Positions 39,901-50,108 of a stretch of 64,000 nt of DNA are shown here, piece after piece; positions within the stretch are counted from its first letter, which is position 1, and each line of letters begins with the position of its first letter. The DNA is from Lytechinus pictus (Eukaryota). The position numbers were made by a program, and so were the translations under genes. Under the pieces are notes generated by a model that made no database searches, was not told the DNA's origin, and worked only from the letters and a program-made list of their open reading frames with translations. Location: assembly GCF_037042905.1 (NCBI RefSeq), contig NC_087252.1, forward strand, positions 124,001 to 188,000. The letters run 5' to 3'.

Positions 39901-40521
39901 AACTCTAAATTAATTAAGCAGACCAATTAGAACCAAAAATAATCACCCTTTTATGAATTTCATTTTCCATAGACTTTGTACACAAAGTATGAGCCATTTT
40001 GCATGACATTGTCTCGTAAAATGTCATGTGACGTCGCGATGCTATACCCGTATGTCGCGAATTTGGTCCCTGAAGTTGCGCAAGACTTCAAAGAAAAATG
40101 TCATAACATTTTACGGGGCTACATGTATCTTTTTGCATTTCAGAAATATTGTGCGAAGCATTGAGGGGGGGCCATGATGCCCCCTCCATCCTTTTAGGGT
40201 TAAGTTAATCCCCTTGAAGTGTTGGTAGTGTCTGTCAAGATATAGTCTTTGGTACTTATAAAAGAGTTGATACATTTTACAAACACAGGTCCCAGTTATT
40301 GTTTTAAAAATAAATTTGAATAATTTTCACGGATTACTAAAAGCATCTATAGCCTCTTGAAGGAAGGAAAGACAGTCTAATTTGATTTGTAAATTTTATA
40401 CATTATTTTTTTTATTTCAGAGGTGACAGATACAGCACAAGAAGAGGCTGCACCAACAGAAGCCCCTACGGAAGAAGTGAAAAGTCATGCCGAACATTCA
40501 CATAAAAACGGGGATTTGTAA
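15260..40521 (+). CDS. HYOU1: Hypoxia up-regulated protein 1 (GRP170/ORP150), ER-luminal Hsp70-family chaperone/nucleotide exchange factor; 20 coding exons, 3213 nt, 1070 aa
   Basis: Signal peptide followed by [37 protein letters not shown]. Other motifs: [55 protein letters not shown], acidic insert, [10 protein letters not shown]-terminal KNGDL. All introns are GT-AG with consistent phases. Confidence 0.96.
15731..16587. mobile_element. Harbinger-like non-autonomous element
   Basis: TIRs aggcctggtcacac / gtgtgaccaggcct; GC-richer interior. Confidence 0.75.
16667..16745 (+). CDS. HYOU1: HYOU1 coding exon 2
   Basis: [26 protein letters not shown]; cag/gtaagt. Confidence 0.93.
18150..18995 (+). 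repeat. Long compound (GAT/GGT/GAA)n microsatellite in HYOU1 intron
   Basis: Directly visible; generates spurious poly-M/H/S ORFs. Confidence 0.97.
19277..19732 (+). mobile_element. Helentron-associated (HINE/DINE-1-like) element
   Basis: atgcccgtct / aggcaggcat subterminal IRs, (gtcc/gtct)n microsatellite, ~125-bp internal repeat with aggtcaaaggtca-like motifs, 3' hairpin ending cttgtt. Confidence 0.7.
19946..20075 (+). CDS. HYOU1: HYOU1 coding exon 3
   Basis: [16 protein letters not shown]...[13 protein letters not shown]. Confidence 0.92.
20102..20345. mobile_element. MITE (ctgggcccgtttcataaag) with an internal ~71-bp duplication; relatives near 41550-41700 and 50355-50510
   Basis: gtttcataaag / ctttatgaaac ends; shared gttaccatgg / agccaatcag core. 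Confidence 0.7.
20713..21056. mobile_element. Palindromic MITE (ggcccgaattcacaaagg) nested in a gacaattgctcc-type repeat spanning 20590-21130
   Basis: TIRs ggcccgaattca / tgaattcgggcc; uninterrupted host copy at 44105-44305. Confidence 0.75.
21278..21379 (+). CDS. HYOU1: HYOU1 coding exon 4
   Basis: [33 protein letters not shown]. Confidence 0.92.
22228..22356 (+). CDS. HYOU1: HYOU1 coding exon 5
   Basis: [42 protein letters not shown]. Confidence 0.95.
23104..23866. mobile_element. piggyBac-like non-autonomous element
   Basis: ttaa-ccctgattctcccggg ... cccgggagatttaggg-ttaa. Confidence 0.85.
23982..24159 (+). CDS. HYOU1: HYOU1 coding exon 6
   Basis: [34 protein letters not shown]... Confidence 0.95.
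24422..24608 (+). CDS. HYOU1: HYOU1 coding exon 7
   Basis: [14 protein letters not shown]...[20 protein letters not shown]. Confidence 0.95.
24947..25081 (+). CDS. HYOU1: HYOU1 coding exon 8
   Basis: [30 protein letters not shown]. Confidence 0.95.
25690..25910 (-). mobile_element. Degenerate antisense SINE; similar fragments near 32140-32415 and 53085-53200
   Basis: Reverse-complement similarity to SINE head and core (gagtggcaaat, tttgaaccc, gagccataacacctc). Confidence 0.55.
25943..26025 (+). CDS. HYOU1: HYOU1 coding exon 9
   Basis: [22 protein letters not shown]. Confidence 0.95.
27593..27791 (+). mobile_element. 5'-truncated L2/CR1-type LINE 3' end with (TTA)n tail
   Basis: Encodes [13 protein letters not shown], typical of the ORF2 C-terminus; gcgctatacaaat then tta tail; TSD tatactata. 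Confidence 0.75.
27802..27934 (+). CDS. HYOU1: HYOU1 coding exon 10
   Basis: [33 protein letters not shown]. Confidence 0.93.
28419..28609 (+). CDS. HYOU1: HYOU1 coding exon 11
   Basis: VEFER...[22 protein letters not shown]. Confidence 0.93.
29595..29733 (+). CDS. HYOU1: HYOU1 coding exon 12
   Basis: [15 protein letters not shown]...[19 protein letters not shown]. Confidence 0.93.
30294..30590 (+). mobile_element. tRNA-derived SINE
   Basis: A box tggcccagtgg, B box ggttcgaatcc, core gcactcaacccaggtgagg, (tta)n tail. Confidence 0.88.
31185..31254 (+). CDS. HYOU1: HYOU1 coding exon 13
   Basis: [23 protein letters not shown]. Confidence 0.9.
31277..31555 (+). repeat. (CAT/CAC)n low-complexity tract
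   Basis: Directly visible, intronic. Confidence 0.92.
31860..31975 (+). CDS. HYOU1: HYOU1 coding exon 14
   Basis: [12 protein letters not shown] followed by an acidic stretch. Confidence 0.9.
32840..33016 (+). CDS. HYOU1: HYOU1 coding exon 15 (acidic insert)
   Basis: [16 protein letters not shown]...; phase 0-0 with good splice sites. Confidence 0.85.
33463..33677 (+). CDS. HYOU1: HYOU1 coding exon 16
   Basis: KSEEEGEKE...[15 protein letters not shown]. Confidence 0.88.
34148..34446. mobile_element. MITE with ccgggggg...gagtggatacca TIRs; related end at window 1-212
   Basis: cattgaagagtggataccagg / cctggtatccactcatcaatg. Confidence 0.7.
35311..36735. mobile_element. hAT-like non-autonomous element inserted in a (GAT)n tract
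   Basis: caaccgcgtagcc / ggctacgcgcctg; 8-bp TSD gatgatag; (GAT)n continues at 35210-35310 and 36736-36910. Confidence 0.85.
36968..37178 (+). CDS. HYOU1: HYOU1 coding exon 17
   Basis: [32 protein letters not shown]...SDWLYDQ. Confidence 0.94.
38123..38606 (+). CDS. HYOU1: HYOU1 coding exon 18
   Basis: [12 protein letters not shown]...RPAAI...[13 protein letters not shown]. Confidence 0.93.
39239..39421 (+). CDS. HYOU1: HYOU1 coding exon 19
   Basis: [10 protein letters not shown]...[10 protein letters not shown]; phase 1-1. Confidence 0.87.
39490..40199. mobile_element. Diverged relative of the 23104-23866 piggyBac-like element, opposite orientation
   Basis: 40020-40105 is the reverse complement of 23200-23280; ends taggg-ttaa. 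Confidence 0.65.
40421..40521 (+). CDS. HYOU1: HYOU1 coding exon 20 (terminal)
   Basis: ttttatttcag|; [35 protein letters not shown]. Confidence 0.87.
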
Positions 40522-42830
40522 CAGTATTTAAATTAGATGTATCTATGTTATAATGATTTACCATGAAGTGTGTTCACTAAGTGCAAGTATGGTATTATTT
40601 TTCATGAAGCATTGTATGGTTTTATCATTTAGAATAACCACATATATGTATGTTGCAGAATAGCAGTGGTCTTATTACACTCGCTTTTGGTCATTCCAGA
40701 TGTATTTTGGTAGCGTTCCACAAAGTACAAGTTTTATGAATCTTGAAACAAAGTGTATGCACCAATCACTATTTCGAATAGCACTGGTCCAGTTCACTTC
40801 CTTGGGGTACTCCAATTTGTATGTACTTGGTGTGTCCACAAGTACAAGTTTTGAAAACGTTATGGTTAGGCGTGTGGACTAACCATTACATTCACAGACA
40901 TTGGTTGTACTGCACTCTCTTGGTTGTATTTATGAAATTGTACAGTATTGTCATACAGGATGTGTTTCATGTGGAAAGAGTATTGGTAGTACTGCCCTTG
41001 GTATTCTGAACATTGTTGTGTAATTTGTTTACAAAATTTTCAGGTCTTTGTTATGTGGAATGAGGTCTATGATGAAGAGCATTGGCCCTAATACAGTTCC
41101 TTAGGGTTGTTCGCGATAAATTATGTTTATTGCTGCTATTTTAGGATTTTACACAATTAGCAATTACTAGCATCTTGCTTGTGTTTAAATAATACTGAAG
41201 TACTTTCAACTTCATCTTTGCCACTGTTTAATATAGTTTAATATACATGAAACGTACTCTTAACAATATCTCTTTATCAATTTCTTGATGATAGTAAAAC
41301 CATACAGAACACACTTCATGGTACAGAATAGTTGTAAATGTGGAATATTTTATTAGACTGATTCTTAAATCCCAATTTTTGGAAGGATTGTAGGATTCCC
41401 TCTACTACCTCTCTAAACTTATAACTTTTGACTTGGTCTAATCCATTCCATCTATTATCAATTTAGTATCGTTTGGTCTATTATCAGTTTAGTCTCATTG
41501 CCACAAAGTGGCCTAACATTACTTGGACTGTCGTTTGTTCTAATGCCTAGAGCCTCGTTGCATAAAAGTTGTTATCATATTAACTTAGCTATCCACTGGT
41601 AACTGCCATGGTAACAGCCAATCAAAATCAGGATTCTATGAAAGTCAGTATCAGATTGTATAGTTACTATTACAGTAACTTTCATGCAATGCGACACAGA
41701 CGGACTACTTTCCATCTCGTGTATTTCCTTTTTTACATTTTTTTTTTCAAATGAAAATTTGCATCATAAACAGTTATTTTATCAAAGATGGTTTTAAAAT
41801 GAAATGGTTATAGCCTAAATGGGAGTTAGACAAAATGGTAAATGGACTAGGAGGCAATTCTCCTAAATGGTTAGTAGACAAAATCAGATATGATCATGTG
41901 GGATGAGAAAAGCATAAATGAGGCAAAATGGGTTTAGACCAAATGGTAATTTAATGTTAATGTTACTGGATTTCCTAGGGCATTAAATCATATATCATGT
42001 GAACCTCACTTTGAAATAAAAATAATCTTCTAAAACCTTTCACATTTACCGCTAGTATTAGACGACCAAAAGATTACTAAAGTGCTAAAACTCTGTTTTG
42101 TACATGTATGTGGCACATGGCAACAAAATGAATTGTGTTTGTTGAAATTATGGATACTATTTATGAAAAGAGTTGTGCCAATGGAAAGATATACTATTCA
42201 CTGTGAGTGAAGAATGTTATTAAATAAGAATATTGATAGATGCTCAGATAATGTAAATGTTTTGCACAAATTTGCTTTCCTCTATGAATGCTTTACTAAG
42301 TTATTATCAGTGTTTCATGAAGTATTTTGTCAGAGATTTCCACTAACAAATTTGTTCTTAGCCAATCAGATGCAAGGATTTCAGTAGCTTATAACAATAG
42401 TCAGTGAACATCACTGATTAATTGTTTCATGAAAATGCTCCCCAGGCGTTTCATGAAAGCTGCTGTCAGGACTTACAAATCTTCATTCTCTGATTGTTAC
42501 CATAGCAACGGTCAGAGACCAGTGCTCAACCAATTGATACCAAGGATTGCACTGATATCATCGGAGCAGACAATGTCAGTGATGACAGCTTTCATGAAAT
42601 ACCTCTCTTGGTAATGTAAGATAGTAGATATTATCAGTTAGAGTAATTGGAAGTCATCTTACCAAATGTATCTTTCATGCAATATTTCTGCAAGCATCAC
42701 TTCATTACTAATTCTCATTACAATACACTAAACAATTGGGAATGCAGTAAAGTCACTGTGATAGATCCATAGCGCCTCCAACATTCTTGCTAAAAATAGG
42801 CTCTGACTTCTTACGTGCCTAACATAAAAA

Positions 42831-43620
42831 GCCAGAATTCACAAAGGTGATTTTAGAAATCATCGGGTGAACCCATGGTTTATGCAGATTTACTGTATAA
42901 ATTATGCTTATTTCATATTTGCTTTTTTTAAAAATGTCAAATTCTGATGCGAGATTTTGTCAAAGTGCAATAAATTGATGCCTGTTGCCATGTTGTGGAG
43001 CGTTGTGGCCCAGTGGATTAGTCTCCGGACTTTGAAACAGAGGGTTGTGGGTTCGAATCCCAGCCATGGCGTAATTTCCTTCGGCAAGAAATTTATCCAC
43101 ATTGTGCTGCACTCAACCCAGGTGAGGTGAATGGGTACCTGGCAGGAATTTATTCCTTGAAATGCGTGTGCGCTGTAATCTTAGTAATTACGGCTGCCAA
43201 GCTACAGCTGGGGTAATAATATCCAAGTCCTTTGGAAGCGCATAGAGACATTATTCATAATCGTGATATGCGCTATACAAGAACTGTTTATTATTTATTA
43301 TTATTATTATGGATGAGCACGCTATTTTAGTCATGAGTCCACTGTGTTGACTGGACATCCTTGGTTGAATCATGGACCTACTATGTCAGAGTAGTAGGTC
43401 CATGGTTGAATAAATGAATCTACTGTTCAGCAGTGAACTCATAAATAAAATGGTGTGCTCAACAATGCCAACAGGCGTCAATTTCGTGCACTGACAAAAG
43501 CATGCATCGGCATTAGACATTTTATTTAGTATATGCTGTAAATTAAGCATAATTTATACAGGAATTCTTCATGACAGATGGGTTCAACCGATGGTTTTCA
43601 AACCACCTTTGTGAATTCAG
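42831..43620. mobile_element. Copy of the 20713-21056 MITE family carrying nested insertions
   Basis: gaattcacaaaggtg / cacctttgtgaattc ends. Confidence 0.75.
42997..43310 (+). mobile_element. tRNA-derived SINE nested in MITE 42831-43620
   Basis: Head nearly identical to the 30294 copy, different 3' part, (tta)n tail. Confidence 0.88.
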
Positions 43621-45654
43621 ACGAAAGCGTATAATTATCCTCGCAATTGTTATCACTTGTAACCTATTGCAAACTGTACTGTAGAGCTTGATTGTAAAAC
43701 TCTTGTCAGTAGCGCCGGAATATCCTCCTCAGATAAAGTGTTAAGGAGTCAAATAATTATTTATGCACAATAGCTCTCCCGTCCTTTGATAAAAATGTTC
43801 TGACAACACTAATTGTTGCATTTTATTATACATGTACATGGTTCACATTTCTTGTTTATGGTTTAAACCCTTCCTTACTGGAACTGGCTGGTCCATGTAC
43901 AAAGTCCTATAGGATTTACATAACTAGCGGTTACAGGGTTAAGCAATGATTCTTGGTTTGTTTAGTGCAAGTGGGTTTGTAAACTAGACGCAAGGTTTTT
44001 ATTAAAGAAATCTTAAAAGTTTATAGATTTTTATGTGAGTAAATCAATCTCTTTGATTATATGCAGAGTGAATTCTACTAGTTTGATCATTAGTTGGCAT
44101 CCATGACATTGCTCCCTGACAATTGCTCCGATGGAAAATCTGTTCATTAAGCCAAACGTAAAACCTGACCTCCAAAACTAAATAAATCCTCATCTTTACA
44201 TTATTCTGAACCCAAAACTCTATTACAATCCTAACTCTTACCCTATGCCCTCTGAGATATTAAGACCGGAGCAAATGTTACACGAGCATTATGTCATGTC
44301 ACCCACTTGTTAATTTTTTGCCCCTCCCCCATTTTTTGTCACAGACATGTTTTTGCCTATGTTTATATTTATAGAACTTTCTTTGTGTATATTCCTAAAG
44401 GGCATGGCAATGATAATTTTCTCTCTTTTTTTTTAATTTGTGTAATGAGGAAAAAGTGCATGCAATTATTTGTGCTTTTGGAGCACATTGACTTTCCTTC
44501 AAATTTTGTCTGTCTCTTTGTTGTTTTTTGTACTTGCTTTTGCTCCAAGTTGTTTTGTTTACTGTGAAGTCCAAGTTTTGTGCAACTCTAGTCCTTCATG
44601 TGATTCTTCAAAAAGAATTCCTCGAAAATTCACTATAAAATGAATTTGAAAACTAGGTCATGTATTTTGTGTCTTATTAATGTCTGGTCTTGTGTGGTAA
44701 TAGCATAGACTTATAACAGTGAGTTTTTGCTCCATGATGCGCCATGGATTCAAGAACATAGGAAATGTATTGTCAAATACCCTTCATGACAATGAACAAC
44801 CAAGAAGTCTTAGTCAAAAGTTGGTCAATCAAAACAGCAGTTTCGTCCTGAACTCTAGACAAACAACATATTGTAATTTTTATCAGCTTCCATAATTAGG
44901 ACAAAACTGCTGTTCCCATTCACCAATTTTCGACAATGACCTCCCAGCTTTTCTTTGTCATTTGATGGTGTTTTCAATAGATTTACTGTGTTTGTGAATT
45001 CGTCCCCATTGCAGTTGCAAAAACTCATTGTTGAAACCAAGGAGAGATATTTGGGCTAGATGGGGAAGAGAGAGATAGGGGAAGGAGGTTCAGTTGGAGA
45101 GAAAAATAATATGCAAATACATTATGTAAGGTGAGGTAATATAGAGAAAGGATGAGAGATTAAAACAGATTAATGGAGAAGGGGCACATGCAATGGGAGA
45201 ACAGGAAAGAAATTTGGGGAAATTATATAGAGGGGGAGGGCGAAAAGGTTATCGTGTTGAGAGAATAAAAACCGGTGGTAAGATCGATTAATTATTGAGA
45301 ATAATACTTCAAATGAGAGAGATCAAGATACTAGAGATGGAGAGAGAAAAAAAGACATGAAGATGGCCGGTTTTAGTGTAAGGATTATAAGAGTTTGTAA
45401 AACTAAAAGATTGAAAATCAAATTGGAAAGAGATAGATCTTGGTTTCTTCGTAAGCAATTAGAGACCGGGGTAAGAGCCCAAGAGATCAAAACAAGATAG
45501 CTCAAAAGATTGTGATTCAAATTTTACATAAAGATAGAAGCTATTTAAGGTCTGAGTCAACTAAAAAGCAAAGAGAACTATTAACCGGCTTGTTCTCAGC
45601 TCTCCTCCCTCTCCTATCTCAAGTTCCACCAAAATATCAACTTTTCTCGACGTA

Positions 45655-45705
45655 AAGTGGGCGTGGCCCCTAACTCCAGCTGTTGAGGGGGCGTGGTCTA
45701 GCGCG
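45655..45705 (+). promoter_or_regulatory. GC-box promoter of TEN1
   Basis: Two GGGCGTGG Sp/KLF-type boxes in a locally CpG-rich patch, 30-70 bp before the TEN1 ATG. Confidence 0.55.
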
Positions 45706-45728
45706 TACACATCTCTGAAGAAGTTACT

Positions 45729-47354
45729 ATGGCGGGTAATTTGCCTCCACACGGCGAAATTCTCCGTTTGAGTGAAATCCATGAACGGGGACCTCTCATC
45801 ATGGCAGGGAAATCCGTCAGGGTTATGGGAAAGTGAGTTTGACTGCTTGATATGATTGGATGATCAATATAAAATAATAAAATTAAGTTTTAACGAAGCG
45901 ATTCCTGGACTGGCCTGATGATAGTCCCACATACTGACGCATGATGTTGGCCACTTCGGACAGTTACAACTTGATGACTGGCTGCTCGGCCTGGGCATGT
46001 CATGCATGTTGGGAGTCCAAAGAGATTACTAGATCTGTCAGCTTGCATGGCTTGTAATTTTTTAACCATCTGATCATTGATTTCGTTTTTATTGTATGTA
46101 TGTTTTATTCTATAAATTGAAATAGAACTTGAACTTGAATTAACTTTTTTTACTCCGTATTCTATTCAGTATTCTAATTCAATACTATAGACTAGTGAAC
46201 AGGAACTTGAGAAGGAAGAAGGGTTATGTTCTTTGAAATTAATTGTTATTGCAACATACTGATTATTTTGTAGATTTTACTGAAGAAATTTAGGCTAGCT
46301 CTCAGCTCTGCTGGTACAAAGATAAAGGAGAAAACTTATAAGTTGAATTTAGTGCAGTTTTACAACATTCACATGTTTTCGTTTTTATTGTATGTATGTT
46401 TTATTTTATAAAAAGCAAAAGGGTTATGTTCTTTGAAATTAATTGTTATTGCAACATACTGATTATTTTGTAGATTTTACTGAAGAAATTTAGGCTAGCT
46501 CTCAGCTCTGCTGGTACAAAGATGAAGGAGAAAACTTATAAGTTGAATTTAGTGCAGTTTTACAACATTCACATGTATGGAATTTGTTGATGATTTTAAC
46601 ATTTTCTTGGGGACTCTAATCAAATATCAATACTAAACCTATTCATAATAGCTAGATCTGTGACATATTATTTGATTTGAGAAATTTGAATAATTCAAAT
46701 TCTTTTGAAACTCTGATCTTTCCCATGTCTGGGCCTGGCTTGGAATTGAAGAGAGGAAAACGGTACGCCCAATATCAATTACCAAATGATAACCTAATGC
46801 TTTTTAGATCCATGCTGAGGATGGGACCTATTATTGAAATTTGTGAAGTTTAATAATACGGCTAATAATGAATATTCTGAAACGGGAAAAGGGAGAGTAG
46901 CAAAAATAATAATTTAAGAATTAAGGGTTTTTTCTTCTTTCTTTCTTTCTTTCTTCCCCTTCCTTCCTTCCTTCTTTCAAGTTCTTTCTTTCTTTTTTTT
47001 AAGAATAGACTAGATCAAGTCATGCACATTTAACTTTTTTATACATACAGGCTTACTCAGTATGATGCTGTCAAACAGTTAGCTGTCATACAGGCCTCAG
47101 AACGCAATGCAACCCATCGCCTTCATGTCAACACTCGTCTTATTGAGCCATTCCAGTCAAGAATTGGTTCCATGTTCCAGTTTATTGGTGAGATGCCTTC
47201 AGAGATGAAGAGTGAAGCAGACATGATTCTTCTTGCAAAGGTTGTCCGATGTGTAGATGGCATTGATGTGACTATGTACTACAATGCTTGTGACGTCCAG
47301 AGGAACTATTTGGCTTCAAGAGTATCAGCTGCATCAACATCTTCATCTTCTTGA
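45729..47354 (+). CDS. TEN1: CST complex subunit TEN1 (OB fold), exons 45729-45832 and 47051-47354, 135 aa
   Basis: MAGNLPPHGEILRLSEI...GKSVRVMGK|LTQYDA...LHVNTRLIEPFQSRIGSMFQFIGE...LLAKVVRCVDGIDVTMYYNACDVQRNYL resembles recalled vertebrate TEN1 (LPKPG, LRTFGRL, LVEPF, GSLYIVLGE, ARVLTCVEGMN). Splice sites aa|gtgagt and cag|g keep the frame. Confidence 0.88.
46219..46576 (+). repeat. ~158-bp near-perfect direct duplication in TEN1 intron
   Basis: 46219-46376 repeats at 46419-46576; the spacer copies 46081-46115. Confidence 0.9.
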
Positions 47355-48815
47355 CATTGATTTTAGACGTTAGCCTGTTATCTGTGACTGTCAAGCGTTC
47401 ATCATTTAGTTCTGTGCTGACGAGGCAAAAGGACATAATCGTTCTTACCAGGCTGGTCAGGGTGACAACATGCACTTGAGATGTTCAGAAGAACTTTATC
47501 AGCATCATCAGTATCAGAAGAAGGCATCATCATCTTCTGGAAAATTGATCCAAGTTGTTAGTCTGTATCCAGTCAGAGCCTGCCACTGTCCAATGTTCAT
47601 CATGAGTTTTGTGGTGATTAGGCATACATGTAAACATTGTTATTCCTGCCAGGTTGGTCGTCGGGGTGACAACACTTGTCATGTATAGAAGAGCATTCTC
47701 GGCAACGTGAGACTCAGAAGGCATCATCAGCTTCTTAAAAACAATTAGAAACATTTGCCTACAGGTATACAGTCATTCTGTGATGGTCAAAATATATCCA
47801 TTATCTTAGCCCCTCTAACAGACAGCCATTCTTGCCGTGGTCATCATTGTGATGTCACTTATACTCAGGAACAAGGAAAAAATCACATTAGGGCCCGGGG
47901 GCGATTTTGTGCCGAAATAATTTCGAGAGACCTGAAAACTTCAAAAAGGAGCCCTTGAAAATCCTTAAGCTTATCCATTGTTTCAGATTGAGGCAGTATT
48001 TCGTAAAAAGTAGCCTCCAATTTTTTTTTATTGCCTGCTCTAGAAAGAATTCCTTCCTCATGATAATGTACCTGCATTTAAAAAAACTGGATGTTCTGCA
48101 TGCTAAAAGATTACTGAAGAATGGGCAAATCAATTGCAAATGTGTTTCTATTGACAATTCAGGAATGTATCATGATAATTCATGTTACTAATATTGATCA
48201 TCTAATTTCATGCTGCTTATGAACCTAACATTGTCATCAAAGATTTCATAGGGAATAAAAGGTGAAAACATATGAAGTAAGAAATGATAATAAAGTATTT
48301 AGTTTTGATAATTATTTTTTTATTTTTTGATTAAATTTCTATAATCAAAGTCTTCAAGAGTTTACAGACTATTTTTTTTCTCTAAAGCAGTAAATTTGAT
48401 TAATGAGAAGGTTATAGTGGGAGGCACTGTCACATACACCATCCTCTAATACATGAACTTAATAGGATGAAATATATAGGATCTTTTCAATGCACCTTTC
48501 CATGGAACTCTTTTCATTCGCCAAGTCGTGGCAAACAATTATACATTGTATATTAATTCAATAAACAAGCTTAGTATGTTATCCATCTTGTAATGGCAGT
48601 ACCAGACCACTCAGCCCAGCCTGATTCATTTTTTTTTTGCAGAGCTGCATTCATACCTAGGCCTATGCATCAATAAGTATGATTTTTTTTACACTAAAAG
48701 TGACATTCATGGACTTGTTTTCTTTCCAAACGTGCAGTGAACTAATCTATAGGGAAACAAATGTCCTCCTTCCCCCACAATGTATACTGTGAGATGAGTC
48801 CTTGGTATTAAAGCA

Positions 48816-49764
48816 TTTTTTGTCTCACCTGCATAGCAGAGTGAGACTATAGGCGCCGCTTTTCCGACGGCGGCGGCGGCGGCGTCAACACCAAATCTTA
48901 ACCTGAGGTTAAGTTTTTGAAATGACAGCATAACTTAGAAAGTATATGGACCTAGTTCATGAAACTTGGCCATAAGGTTAATCAAGTATTACTGAACATC
49001 CTGCCTGAGTTTCATGTCACATGACCAAGGTCAAAGGTCATTTAGGGTCAGTGAACTTAGACCATGTTGGGGGAATCAACATCAAAATCTTAACCTAAGG
49101 TTAAGTTTTTGAAATGTCATCATAACTTAGAAAATATATGGACCTAGTTCATGAAACTTATACATAAGGTTAATCAAGTATCACTGAACATCCTGCATGA
49201 GTTTCACGTCACATGACCAAGGTCAAAGGTCATTTAGGGTCAATGAACTTTGGCCGAATTGGGGGTATCTGTTGAATTACCATCATAACTTTGAAAGTTT
49301 ATGGATCTGATTCATGAAACTTGGACATAATAGTAATCAAGTATTACTGAACATCCTGTGCAAGTTTCAGGTCACATGATCAAGGTCATTTAGGGTCAAT
49401 GAACTTTGGCCAAATTGGGGTATTTGTTGAATTACAGCCATAAATTTGAAAGTGTGTTGGTCTAGTTCATAAAACTTGGACATAAGAGTAATCAAGTATC
49501 ACTGAACATCCTGTGCGAGTTTCAGGTCACATGATCAAGGTCAAAGGTCATGTAAGGTCAAAGAACTTTGGCCACGTTGGGGGTATTTGTTGAATTGCCA
49601 TCATATCTCTATAAGTGTATTGGTCTAGTTCATAAAACGTGGAAATACGAGTAACCAAGTATCACTGAACATCTTGTGCGAGTTATAGTAGTTTTTAAAA
49701 TCAGCACTGCTGCTATATTGAATCGCGTGATGCAGGTGAGACGGCCAGAGGCATTCCACTTGTT
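48816..49764 (+). mobile_element. Helentron-associated (HINE-like) element with ~160-190-bp internal tandem repeats
   Basis: Subterminal IR gtctcacctgcat / atgcaggtgagac, (ggc)n, repeats containing aggtcaaaggtca, ends cacttgtt, T-run insertion site. Confidence 0.85.
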
Positions 49765-49824
49765 GTTACTTCACATGTGCATTTTTAGGTGACATAGAAG
49801 AGGGACTTACCATGGAGTTATAGT

Positions 49825-50108
49825 CCAGGGAGCCAATTCATAAAGCTGTTCTAAATTAAGAATGACTGGTGATCCTTTCTAGTGGTAAATGATATTCACC
49901 ATTAAATATTTATTGGTGATTATGTAGCGCATAAGAAAGGATCACCAGTCGCTCTTAACTTACAAACAGCTTTATGAAACTCAGACCAGGGGGCTGTTTC
50001 ATAAAGCTGTTCTCAGTTAAGAACGACTGGTGATCCTTTCTTGTAAATGATATTCTTCATTAAATATTCATTGGTGATTATTTAGCGCATAAGAAAGGAT
50101 CACCAGTG
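49825..50108. mobile_element. Two adjacent copies of a short MITE (ttcataaagctgtt...gactggtgatcctttc); others at 57357-57540 and 63770-63900
   Basis: Shared palindromic core actggtgatcctttc / gaaaggatcaccagt. Confidence 0.7.

Noticed and set aside
45750..45840. Apparent NF-kappaB/IRF site cluster (gggaaatccg, gaaagtgag) near an IkappaB-like gene
   Set aside because: These bases are TEN1 coding exon 1 and its splice donor.
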